Source of the DNA: an uncultured Poribacteria bacterium
GTDB taxonomy: Bacteria > Poribacteria > WGA-4E > WGA-3G
Length of the DNA stretch: 64,000 bases
Direction of reading: 5' to 3'
NCBI GenBank assembly: GCA_958296135.2
Contig: CATQHZ020000001.1
Coordinates: 2,112,001 to 2,176,000 of the forward strand
Under the pieces are notes generated by a model that searched no databases, was not told the DNA's origin, and worked only from the letters and a program-made list of their open reading frames with translations. Numbering within the stretch: the stretch's first letter is position 1; every line of letters begins with the position of its first letter. The translations under genes were made by a program, and so were the position numbers. Shown here piece by piece: positions 50,811 through 60,153 of this stretch.

Positions 50811-53800
50811 CTACCGATTTTCTTCGATTAACTCGCGCTCAGCCTCCGTTAACCCATACAACGCGTAAACCAACGCGTCGATCTCCTCCTCAAGGGCCGG
50901 GACTTCGTGGCTGTCGGGTTCGTCAAGGATTAACTGAACGTACTCTGCAAGGGCCGCTTTCTGCTCCTCTGTCCGCTCCGCTATGCGAACGTTCTGCATG
51001 TTCGCCTTCGTGAAATACAGAATGGATTTCCCGGGTGCCTTGCATTCGGTTCGCGCGTACCAACCGAAAAGTTTGCTGTTTAAAATCGCCAGCAGGGACA
51101 GATCTTCTGTCGGTATGAAGTGGATGGAACCTAAAGCAAATGCCCCTGTGGTGTCATAGCATGCCCGCAGAGAGCCGCCACTAAGCGGGTAGACAATCTT
51201 GGACGGTTGAAACGCCGGAGATTTGTCACGCCCCCCAAATTCCCAAAAGAATTCTCCGTTATGAGCAGCGTCCGGGTCCCTTAAAATGTCCCTATAGTTG
51301 CTGAGGTGTGCATGGATTGCCGGAAAGGTCTTGGCAAAAATCCGCTCTGCCTCGGCTTCATCTCTCGCCTTGGTCCAAAACCACTGTTTGTGCCGGCTGT
51401 TTGGAATGTAGATTAGTGATGCCGCTTCCGCTCTCCATTTGGTTCGACGAGGTATACGAATTAGCGACTTTAGGAGCTGAGCACTTTCAGGATCGGCATC
51501 AATCAACTCCCCACGTTTTGATGCGTCTATAACGTAAGCCCGATCGCATCCGGTTACAACCCCGCCGAAAATGTTACAATGCCGACTCAACGGTGCTCCG
51601 ACATTTTTCAACTTGGCCAACAAGGCCTCACGCGAAGTCGGCTCAACCCGATGAGGTGATGGCGGAACAGGAATAGGCTTCGGTTCCGGACCGTCAGAAC
51701 CTTCCCGAAAAAAGAGACGCGCCAAATCGTGTTCATAGGCTGTGTGGATAGAGGTGTTTTCCTCCGTCCACGAACAGATAGTCAACTCCGCGGACTGCAA
51801 GCCTTCGGATGCCGAATCGCTGAAGTAAGCAATAGCGAACGGTTGGAAATCCTCACCCGCGCAGATAAAGCGGCAATCGGCCAACTCGTAACCCTGCTGT
51901 TGCAGTCCATCACTGACCTGGCGCAGGACTCCCGGATAACCCGCTTTACTATTAAACCGGACGAGGAAAGGTTTTTGGTTTGCTGAGGTACCCCCAGGAC
52001 GAACCCTGATTTCATAGCAATCTTTAACCTGTTCTGCGACAGAATCGCCCAGGCCAAGGAAAACTAAAGGCAATGGAAGTGCAATCCGTTCAAAAACTGC
52101 ATCTTCCCGGATAGGCAACCCCAGTTTTTCGTCTAAAAATTGCATCAACGATGCCGCATCGCCGATGCCCTGAATATCGTCACGGGTAATGATACGCATA
52201 GGCATATCCTCCTTTTCTGGCGGCAATTCGCCGGGTTCGGGTAACGGTATGCCAGCATCGCAATACGTTTTCTTGATTAACGCAATCTCGGTATCCGTTA
52301 ACCCATAGACTTCGTAGACTAACTCATCGATAGCATGCTCAAGTGCAGGCACCGCATCTCCTGCAGGATCGGCGAGGATCCGCGCAACCCAGCGCGTGAG
52401 TTGTGCCCGCTGCTCCGAGGTCATCTCCGCGATTGGGAAACGTTTCATGTAGAGCGCGATAAAGCGTAAACTGCCACCCGCCCACGCATCGTTGAAGCTC
52501 TGAAACTTGTAGCGAGCATACCAATCAAACAGTGTGCTATTCAAAATCGCAAGCAAGGATAAGTCTGTCGTCGGTATGAAGTAGGCAGTGGCAACACTAA
52601 TCGTTTGCGCCGTGTCATAACTGGCGTATAGAGATTGCGCCGTTTCGGGCCAGACGATTTTCGGCTTTTCAAACTCAGCTCGATAACTGCACGAACGCAA
52701 TTCCCAATAAAATTTACCGCGAGCAGTCCGGCGAATCAGTTCCTCGCGATAGCGTTTCAGATGCTGGTAAACCGCCGGATAGCACTCCGCAAAGATTCGC
52801 TCCGCCTCTGTGTCATTTTCGGCATTCGACCAGGGCCAATCCGCGTTTGTGCTGCTTGCAATCGCTATCAGATACTCGTTTGACTCTTTCGCGTCCCACT
52901 TCCGGGTATAACGTCCCCGCAGCAGTGGCTTTATGAATGCACTGCTCTGGGGGGAATCAGCGATGAGTTGTTTGCGCGTGGAAGAATCTATCACGAACGC
53001 AGGGTCGTATCCGGTGACAAGCCCGCGGTAAATATCGCCGTTGACATACTCTTCCAACAGTGTCCCGGTATCTTGAAGTTTTTCAAGCAGCGCGAATGTC
53101 TCAGGGGCAGCCAAAATCCACGCGTCAGGAGAGAGTTGGGAAATCTGCATCGGGAACACCTGTTCTTGAAACGCCTCCCTGATGTCAAATTTCTTGGCGT
53201 TTTCTCTTAAAGTTGCCGCGGAGAAGAGCTGATCTGGGCTGGGACAACGATTTTCAGCGAGGACGATGCACGTGTCAACTGCCGCCTCAAAAACGGAGAT
53301 GCTCCCAAAATCCAAAAGGTTCTTCAGTGACATTTCTGTGGCAAGAAACTGGCGTAGGTTTTCGCCATAGGCCGCCCGGAAAAACTTATTGGTGCAGATA
53401 TAGGTCAAGATGCCATCGGGCTTCAGTAGCTCGGCTGCGCGTTTGTAGAAATAGACGCTAATATCCGCAGGCCTAAAGAAGAAGTCGCCAAAATAGGATT
53501 GCAATGCCGGTGCGAGATTGACTACCATCTCATGCCGGTAATCAACATACGGCGGATTGCCGATGACGATGTCAAACCCATCCTTCACACCGAACATCTC
53601 CTCCGCATCGAAGAAATCCGCGCTGGCGTTCCTGTCGTAGGGATTCCACTGCGCGATTTTCGTTGCTTCGTCAACGACACCGGTTCGCGCCTCCAGAGCC
53701 CATTCCGTAGACAATTCGGTCAGCGCGTTGACTAATTCGCCCCGGCATGCCTCTTCTTCGTTCATCAGCGAGAGTTTCATCTGCCGGGTGTTCGCGCTGA

Positions 53801-55856
53801 AGTAGTTCTCGCGAATCTTTGAAATTTGCTGGCGTTTCTGCTCAATCACGTCTGTCTCAAGGAGCATTTGGAAATCGGGTTTCTTGAGCCCGATGAGCGT
53901 ATCGGCGGCGACGAATCGGATCTCCAAGTTCGGCAGCGGTTGGATACCGTAGTTGTCGTCAGCGTTATCGTTCGGCACCTGCTCAATGATAAGCGAGATG
54001 AAAAAGCGCAGTTTAGCAATCGTCACGGCGATGGGTTGGATGTCTACCCCGTAGATGCTCTTTTGAATGAGGTAGAGTTTCCGTCCGTAGTTGTTATGCC
54101 GATTTTCTTCGGCGAAAGCCTTCTCAATCGCCGCAATCGCCAAGTTCCGGACGATAGCATCCGGAATCAGATATGCCTGCTGAATTTGGTACTGTTTCCA
54201 CCGTTTGTTCCGCCGGTCAAGTTTTTTGAGGATAAGCACCAATTTGTTCAGAATGCCCATCGGGAAGGCACCTGAGCCGACGGCCGGGTCGAGCAGCTTG
54301 AGCTCGTCTATCGCTTGGATGAGTTGCGTTACCTCACTTTCGCGGATGAGGTGTTCGGTCTGCGAATCCGCTTCCCCCTCTGCTTCATAAGCGAGCAAAT
54401 CGTCGCGGAGGCGTTCTTCCAGAAAGTCCCTATTTCCATCAAACGGTTCGACCTTCTGCAGGAAATAGGCGATGAGTGCCTCGTCTACCATGTAGTCAAC
54501 AATCTGGCGCGGTGTGTAGTAAGAGCCGGTGGATTTCCGCGCGCTGGATTGCGTTTCAGGGTTGTAGTCGCCGAGCAGGTTCTCAAACACGCGCCCGAGG
54601 AGTTCGGGTTCAAGCGCGACTTCCTGTTCAATCGGCGTGTTTTCCTCCACGGTAAACTTATAGCGCGAAAAGAGCGGGAAGATACCTTTTCCATCCTGAA
54701 AAAAGAGTTTGTCCGGCACGTGCAGTTTCTGCCGCTCGTTTTCGTTATCGGTGAAGCAATCGATGCGTCCGCCGCCGTCGCGCGTCGCCTCAAACGTATC
54801 AAGGCAGTCAAACAGCCCGCCGTTGACAAATGGCACCTGCTTGAGTTTTTCGAGAAATGCATCGGGTTCGTGCAACAGATCGGCGTAGCGATATTTGCTT
54901 GCGTCTCGATGGTTTCGGTTATCCGCAGTGCTGAAGGCGCGTTCGGTTATCGGCGTATTCAGCGTCGCGAAGAAAAGGTTTTGCAGGATGGCCTTGTAGT
55001 ATGTGTCATCAGGGGACGCTTCAACAAAGAGCTCGACAGGGATCAGGCCTTTCTCCTTCAGAAACCAGATGAAGAGCAGTCGGGTAATCAAGCGGATGAC
55101 CTGGGGTTCAGTCTCGCCATCTGGGAAACGGCATTCCGATTTTGCCCACTCATACCACTCAAACAGTTCTCGATAAAACTTGCGGTTGAGGGTTTCGGTG
55201 TTGAGCACACCTTCCCACGCGTTGTGTAGCGTATCAAAATTGCGAACGTCCTCGGTCTCAATGAGAGCCTCCAGATGCAATTCGGCAAGAATATCCAGAT
55301 GCGCGCGGTGCGGGTTGCGCAACTTGATGTCCTTGATGAGCGTCACTTTTTCCAGCACCTGTTTCGTCGCGTCGCGTTTGTGCCATCGGCGGTTGATAAT
55401 CGCCAGCGTCAGGACATCGCCGTATCGGAACATCACCAGAATCGGCACTACGAAGCGGCCGTTGACAAAGCGGGTGATATTGGCAAGCTGTGTGCGCGTA
55501 TAGTTCTCCCCACTGAGTTGCATAGCGACGAAGATATAGGAGAGCCTCAGATTTTCGTCAAACTTCGCGGTTTCAAACAGCATTTCCTGCTGATTGATCT
55601 CGCTGTCGGTAATCTGGAAGATGAGGTGGAATTTCTCCCAATCGTCAACACAGAGTTTATCGGCGGCATCGGCAGGTGCTTGCGTGCGGCGCGCCGCCGC
55701 GGCCTCCCGGAGGGTGCCGAACAGCTGCTCATCTAAACCCTTGTTCCCGGTTCTATCGCTGTGGTAACCGAGGGCGTTGAGGAAGCGCGTGGCAGCCTCG
55801 CGCAGCGGCGTTTCCGCGAAGGAGCTTATACAGTTTTGGATATCGGTTCTGTTCAT
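50811..55856 (-). CDS. Type IIG/Eco57I-like N6-adenine methyltransferase with TRD and fused extra module A
   Basis: NGGLF, GSYYTP, DPAVGSGAF (motif I), GNPPY (motif IV), TaqI-C-like TRD, then MRIITRDDIQ module from 52199. Confidence 0.88.
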   Translation of the reverse strand: MNRTDIQNCISSFAETPLREAATRFLNALGYHSDRTGNKGLDEQLFGTLREAAAARRTQAPADAADKLCVDDWEKFHLIFQITDSEINQQEMLFETAKFDENLRLSYIFVAMQLSGENYTRTQLANITRFVNGRFVVPILVMFRYGDVLTLAIINRRWHKRDATKQVLEKVTLIKDIKLRNPHRAHLDILAELHLEALIETEDVRNFDTLHNAWEGVLNTETLNRKFYRELFEWYEWAKSECRFPDGETEPQVIRLITRLLFIWFLKEKGLIPVELFVEASPDDTYYKAILQNLFFATLNTPITERAFSTADNRNHRDASKYRYADLLHEPDAFLEKLKQVPFVNGGLFDCLDTFEATRDGGGRIDCFTDNENERQKLHVPDKLFFQDGKGIFPLFSRYKFTVEENTPIEQEVALEPELLGRVFENLLGDYNPETQSSARKSTGSYYTPRQIVDYMVDEALIAYFLQKVEPFDGNRDFLEERLRDDLLAYEAEGEADSQTEHLIRESEVTQLIQAIDELKLLDPAVGSGAFPMGILNKLVLILKKLDRRNKRWKQYQIQQAYLIPDAIVRNLAIAAIEKAFAEENRHNNYGRKLYLIQKSIYGVDIQPIAVTIAKLRFFISLIIEQVPNDNADDNYGIQPLPNLEIRFVAADTLIGLKKPDFQMLLETDVIEQKRQQISKIRENYFSANTRQMKLSLMNEEEACRGELVNALTELSTEWALEARTGVVDEATKIAQWNPYDRNASADFFDAEEMFGVKDGFDIVIGNPPYVDYRHEMVVNLAPALQSYFGDFFFRPADISVYFYKRAAELLKPDGILTYICTNKFFRAAYGENLRQFLATEMSLKNLLDFGSISVFEAAVDTCIVLAENRCPSPDQLFSAATLRENAKKFDIREAFQEQVFPMQISQLSPDAWILAAPETFALLEKLQDTGTLLEEYVNGDIYRGLVTGYDPAFVIDSSTRKQLIADSPQSSAFIKPLLRGRYTRKWDAKESNEYLIAIASSTNADWPWSNAENDTEAERIFAECYPAVYQHLKRYREELIRRTARGKFYWELRSCSYRAEFEKPKIVWPETAQSLYASYDTAQTISVATAYFIPTTDLSLLAILNSTLFDWYARYKFQSFNDAWAGGSLRFIALYMKRFPIAEMTSEQRAQLTRWVARILADPAGDAVPALEHAIDELVYEVYGLTDTEIALIKKTYCDAGIPLPEPGELPPEKEDMPMRIITRDDIQGIGDAASLMQFLDEKLGLPIREDAVFERIALPLPLVFLGLGDSVAEQVKDCYEIRVRPGGTSANQKPFLVRFNSKAGYPGVLRQVSDGLQQQGYELADCRFICAGEDFQPFAIAYFSDSASEGLQSAELTICSWTEENTSIHTAYEHDLARLFFREGSDGPEPKPIPVPPSPHRVEPTSREALLAKLKNVGAPLSRHCNIFGGVVTGCDRAYVIDASKRGELIDADPESAQLLKSLIRIPRRTKWRAEAASLIYIPNSRHKQWFWTKARDEAEAERIFAKTFPAIHAHLSNYRDILRDPDAAHNGEFFWEFGGRDKSPAFQPSKIVYPLSGGSLRACYDTTGAFALGSIHFIPTEDLSLLAILNSKLFGWYARTECKAPGKSILYFTKANMQNVRIAERTEEQKAALAEYVQLILDEPDSHEVPALEEEIDALVYALYGLTEAERELIEENR

Positions 55857-56152
55857 AAATCGTCAGAGCTCTCTTTGCGTTTGCGCCGCGAGAGGGACAG
55901 CCCTCCGAAGCCGCTAACTACGGCCATATAAAACCCGACGTCATACCACCAGCCTGTATTAAGCGGTTCATAGACGCGGATATCCGAGTTGAAGATGCCC
56001 CAAATCAGCGATACCGGGGCGAGCCAGCCGTGCCAGATGCCCCAGAAAAAGCCGGCAGGCTTTTCTACGGTGTGCTTCCCATCGCCGGGGAGGCACCCGC
56101 TCTGCAGCATCAGTACCGTTAACAGCAGGATACAAAGCAACCGTCTTGCCAT
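55853..56152 (-). CDS. Small membrane lipoprotein-like protein
   Basis: SGC lipobox-like; PAGFFWGIWHGW...YE..N.GWWYD.GF; overlaps the MTase start. Confidence 0.7.
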   Translation of the reverse strand: MARRLLCILLLTVLMLQSGCLPGDGKHTVEKPAGFFWGIWHGWLAPVSLIWGIFNSDIRVYEPLNTGWWYDVGFYMAVVSGFGGLSLSRRKRKESSDDL

Positions 56153-56155
56153 GAC

Positions 56156-56545
56156 TTATGCCTCTTGCGATTCTTCCTGTTCAAGCCGCTTGAACCATGA
56201 GCTGATCTGGCGAGGCGTCGCATTGGGGACCGCCGCTTGCATCTTTTTGAGAATCTCCCGCTTGGACATCCCCGGTGTCTTCGCTAGGAAGACGGTTCGA
56301 GCTTTCGCATACAAGACCGGATCGACTTTTCTGCGGCCGACACGGGTGCGGAAGTTCCGCGGTCCTTCGTAGTTCAGCGCGTCAAGGGCAGCGTTCCACT
56401 CGTCGGTTTTGATCCAACGGTATAAGGTGCGTGAGGAAACGCCGATGGCGAGGGCGATCGCATCGGCGTTCCTATTACCGCCAGCGAAGATGTCCACCGC
56501 GGTCTTCATTTTTTTCTTTCTTACATCGCTTGGTAGTGCAGGCAT
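56156..56545 (-). CDS. Helix-turn-helix DNA-binding protein
   Basis: IALAIGVSSRTLYRWIK; second HTH-like segment near the C-terminus. Confidence 0.65.
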   Translation of the reverse strand: MPALPSDVRKKKMKTAVDIFAGGNRNADAIALAIGVSSRTLYRWIKTDEWNAALDALNYEGPRNFRTRVGRRKVDPVLYAKARTVFLAKTPGMSKREILKKMQAAVPNATPRQISSWFKRLEQEESQEA

Positions 56546-56555
56546 TTCTCTCTTT

Positions 56556-56638
56556 CCTATCTTTTTTGAAATAGGCCTATCTTTTTTGAAATAGGCCTAT
56601 CTTTTTTGAAATAGGCCTATCTTTTTTGAAATAGGCCT
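56556..56638. repeat. Four perfect tandem 20-bp units cctatcttttttgaaatagg
   Basis: Directly visible; each unit is bounded by the inverted pentamer cctat/atagg. Confidence 0.9.
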
Positions 56639-56774
56639 GACGCAACTCCGACACCGTAGGTGCGGTTTGCAACCGCGCCTACCGGTGGAGAATGACGGTA
56701 TTTGCGTCATACCAAATTAGGCTGCTTCGCAGGAACCCGAACGACTCAGGTTAATTGGATCTAAGTCCTATTTT

Positions 56775-57869
56775 TTAGTCTATTATCGTCACAACACGTT
56801 TATTTGTCAAGAAAAAATCGGTTTGCGGATGCTCAGCATCAACAATGGCGCGTGCCAATGCCCAATCTAACCGTCGGCGATATTGGCCATCGCGGCGTAA
56901 CCCCTTGAACGCTGTCAGAAAAACGTCGTGCGTTCTCTCGCGGATGGTGGTGAGACGTGCATTGAGATTCTCTACATCTACCTGCCACGGGACGCGGAGT
57001 TTCGTGATGGAACGTCCCTGATAACGGACAGGATACCCCGCTAACTCCGCCGGCGGACAAAAACAGATGGAGGCGCAAACCGTATTGTCTACGGCGACGA
57101 GCCCCACATTTCCCGTCGGTTCATTGAACACAATCTCGCGATTGCGCGAAGGCATCGGCAGGTGCGTGCGGAGCTCCGAGAGGGTTCCGAGGAACTGATT
57201 GTTGCGCCATATTCTCACTGAAGGGACGCGCGTGGAAAGCGTATTTACTGTCGGTGCAGGCCCGAACAGCGCGAGCCCAACTGGATGTTCGGTATCCGCA
57301 AACATAAACGTTTCCGGCGGCCGCGCTTTTTCCACATCCCCCGGGAGGCGCGCTTTGGCAGCGCGCGCCTGTATGTCCACCGGTTGCATTTGTGGAACTA
57401 ATGAGACAAAATCGTGCAACCGGTGCAGGAACAGCCTACTCCGAATGAACGCCTCTGGGATAATCGCCGCTACCCACTTACAATTTGCCAAGCACTTCTC
57501 CAACGCGTATTTGTAAAGATCATCGTGTTGGATATCGCGTGGAAACGGCAGTCCCCGGCGCGTCGCGGAGTTGCGCGCCAGCCACGGCGGGTTTGTAATG
57601 CACACCTCAAACCCTCTCGGAAAATCAGCGAGTGTATCGCGTCGCCGGACCTCGGCGGCGGCGGGCTCAATGTCAAAAAGGGCCCACTCTCGGCACTGCA
57701 ACCGCGCTTCACTTAGCAGCCGTGGAATGCTGTTATCACCGGCGAAAGGTTCCAACGCGTGCTGCTGGTTTAAGTTGAGTGCCGCTGCCCACGCGCGGAA
57801 GGGTTTCAACTGAAACGGATTTCCGCGGGTGTAGTAGCGGCCCGTTGCACGTTTTTCCTCTATATGCAT
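56775..57869 (-). CDS. Amino-methyltransferase-like protein
   Basis: GRYYT, LEPFAG (motif I-like), ITNPPW (motif IV-like). Confidence 0.65.
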   Translation of the reverse strand: MHIEEKRATGRYYTRGNPFQLKPFRAWAAALNLNQQHALEPFAGDNSIPRLLSEARLQCREWALFDIEPAAAEVRRRDTLADFPRGFEVCITNPPWLARNSATRRGLPFPRDIQHDDLYKYALEKCLANCKWVAAIIPEAFIRSRLFLHRLHDFVSLVPQMQPVDIQARAAKARLPGDVEKARPPETFMFADTEHPVGLALFGPAPTVNTLSTRVPSVRIWRNNQFLGTLSELRTHLPMPSRNREIVFNEPTGNVGLVAVDNTVCASICFCPPAELAGYPVRYQGRSITKLRVPWQVDVENLNARLTTIRERTHDVFLTAFKGLRRDGQYRRRLDWALARAIVDAEHPQTDFFLTNKRVVTIID

Positions 57870-57872
57870 CGT

Positions 57873-58628
57873 TTATTCAGGTATCTCCGGCCAGTTATAT
57901 TCCGGTGCGTACCCTAAATCCGCTTCCGCCTGCTTCCAATCGAAACGTGCATCGGTGCGGCCGGCGACAGCGTGATATGCGCCATACGTCACCGTTTCTG
58001 TCTCAATGGCGCGTCCTACGCACTGCGCCACATCCCTCGGATCGACGTAAACGAACCACGGGCCCGTGACGACATCTGGTGCCGACGGCCCCGGATTATG
58101 CCCATCGCCCGCGATGACACCGGGCCGGATGTGAATCACGCTGAGCCCATGCGCCTGATGATACGCGAGACAGAGCTGCTCGCCGAGCTGCTTCGCCAGC
58201 GCGTAACGGATGTCACCTTTGCTGAAGTGGACAGCATCGCCCTCTCGATATGGTAACTCGCCGCCGGGTGCCGGTGGGCACGCAGAGATGCTTGAGATGT
58301 TCACCAGTTTTTGCACGCCTTGATGCACGCACGCTTCCGCCACATGCCACGTGCCTTTCACCATCACATCTGCATAGAGTGAGGCGGGTTTACCGTGCCG
58401 CTCCCGAACCAACGCGACAAGATGAACAACAGCATCTTGTCCCGCACACGCTGCCTCAACTTCGTCTATCTTCGTAACATCCGTTCTGATAAAGCGAATG
58501 TCCGCAAAATCGCGACTCGGTTCAACAATATCCGCCAGCGTGAGTTGGTATGAGGATTGCAACCGTTCAATAACAAATCGCGCGAGATATCCAGCCGCAC
58601 CGGTGATGAGAATTTTTTCAATAGTCAT
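57873..58628 (-). CDS. NAD-dependent epimerase/dehydratase
   Basis: ILITGAAGYL, YALAK. Confidence 0.88.
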   Translation of the reverse strand: MTIEKILITGAAGYLARFVIERLQSSYQLTLADIVEPSRDFADIRFIRTDVTKIDEVEAACAGQDAVVHLVALVRERHGKPASLYADVMVKGTWHVAEACVHQGVQKLVNISSISACPPAPGGELPYREGDAVHFSKGDIRYALAKQLGEQLCLAYHQAHGLSVIHIRPGVIAGDGHNPGPSAPDVVTGPWFVYVDPRDVAQCVGRAIETETVTYGAYHAVAGRTDARFDWKQAEADLGYAPEYNWPEIPE

Positions 58629-58700
58629 CGGTTTTTTCCAATTGTAGGGGCAGATGTCGTTTCAAGCCCGCCGGAAACAGGCGGATAGAGAAATCCGCCC

Positions 58701-59042
58701 TTACGTTCCAAGCGGGACCTCTGCGTATAGCGCGTCGTTGTAACCGACGTAAAAAACATCGGCGATTTGCACCGTCGGAGCGCGAAGGTTGCCGCTCCGG
58801 CCCATCACGGCCTTCAGAATTGCGTCCTGCGCGTCCTCGGTGGGGACGAAGGTTTCGACGCGCCTCCCCTTCGCTACCACGACGCGTGCCGCGGTGCCGA
58901 TGCGTTCCCAAACCGCTGTCGCATCTAGTTTCTCTTTTCGTGCATCCGCCCGGTTCGCTACCGCTACGTTCTGTGTGTCAAGAACCTCTTGCACTTTTTT
59001 GCACGAGGTTCATCCGTTACGTAAATATGCCCAATTTACCAT
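58701..59042 (-). CDS. ArsC/Spx-like thioredoxin-fold selenoprotein (UGA=Sec at 59012-59010)
   Basis: RBS ggagg; MVNWAYLRNG-U-TSCKK in frame with the 58701-58994 ORF; GNLRAPT...VGY motif; hairpin directly after UGA. Confidence 0.8.
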
Positions 59043-59136
59043 GACAATGCCTCCACATTAATAATGAAGAAAAGAGACATAAGCATTGACAACGTCAATG
59101 CAACTTAAGGAATAACCGCTACTCAACCAGAAAGGT

Positions 59137-60153
59137 TCAACGCTCGCCTTGCGAACAACAAACAAATCCCCCGGTGCCCCTGCTTTTGACAGCGGCATCG
59201 ATGAGTGCTAGCGTTTCAAGCGCGTCGGCGAAATCCGAACGAATCAGCGTTCTGTCGCCTGTCGCAATGGCATGCAGCCACGCGCCGGTTTTATCCAACC
59301 CCAAACTATTCTCCGATGCCGCAGGTTCGTTAATTTCCTCGCCGTTTAGATACCCGCGAACCCGATTGTCGGAAAGATTCGCGTGTAAACGGAGATGCGG
59401 CCCGACGACTTCTACTTCAAAACTAAACCGTTCAGTCCCGCAGTGATTCATGTGCGTGCCGAAAACGCCGTTGTCTAATTGATATGTCATCTGGATAGCA
59501 TTTTCAGCGTCAAACTCCGCGCGTTCTAGTGCCATATTTTTGACAGCAAGCGCGTGAGCCTGCACCGGTTTCGGGTTCCCCATAATGAAACGGGCACAAT
59601 CAAGCACATGCACGCCCTGCTCTGGCAAAGGCCCACCGCTTATCGCAGACTGTAAAAACCACGGTGACATGCGGAAACTGAGGTAGTAATCGCAGGTGCA
59701 GACCGTGCGCACTAAATGCACCGTCTCCGAAGCAATCAGCGCCTTCAACCGTTCATAGAGGGGATGATAACGGAGTTGGAAACCGACAGCGGCAATCACA
59801 TCCGCTTCCGCAATGCACGCGAGACATTTCCGTCCCTCTTCCATGTTTAGCGCGGGCGGTTTTTCCACCATCAGCGCGATGCCGCGTTCGCACGCGCGCC
59901 GGATAGGCTCCAACCGAACGGGAGGCGGCGTGGTAATCACCACGCCATCCATCTCCGCTTGAAAAAAGGTATCCAAGGTATCCATCGCGATTTCTGCGCC
60001 AGCAAGCGTTGCTAATTGTTGCGCCGTTTCAGGCACAACATCGTGAACGGCAACAACGCGCGCGCCGTAGTCTGTAATCGCTTTGTAGTGGTGCCTGCCC
60101 ATTCCGCCTGCACCGATAATGCCGATGGACAACTGCTTTTCAGATATGCTCAC
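59137..60153 (-). CDS. Gfo/Idh/MocA family oxidoreductase
   Basis: IGIIGAGGMG, EKP, VGFQLR, SGG...Q.VH..D. Confidence 0.9.
   Translation of the reverse strand: MSISEKQLSIGIIGAGGMGRHHYKAITDYGARVVAVHDVVPETAQQLATLAGAEIAMDTLDTFFQAEMDGVVITTPPPVRLEPIRRACERGIALMVEKPPALNMEEGRKCLACIAEADVIAAVGFQLRYHPLYERLKALIASETVHLVRTVCTCDYYLSFRMSPWFLQSAISGGPLPEQGVHVLDCARFIMGNPKPVQAHALAVKNMALERAEFDAENAIQMTYQLDNGVFGTHMNHCGTERFSFEVEVVGPHLRLHANLSDNRVRGYLNGEEINEPAASENSLGLDKTGAWLHAIATGDRTLIRSDFADALETLALIDAAVKSRGTGGFVCCSQGER

Noticed and set aside
44123-55856. Invertible shufflon
   Set aside because: All modules are in direct orientation and no recombinase gene is present
56556-56638. Possible CRISPR or plasmid iterons
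   Set aside because: No spacers and no rep or cas gene; kept as a tandem repeat
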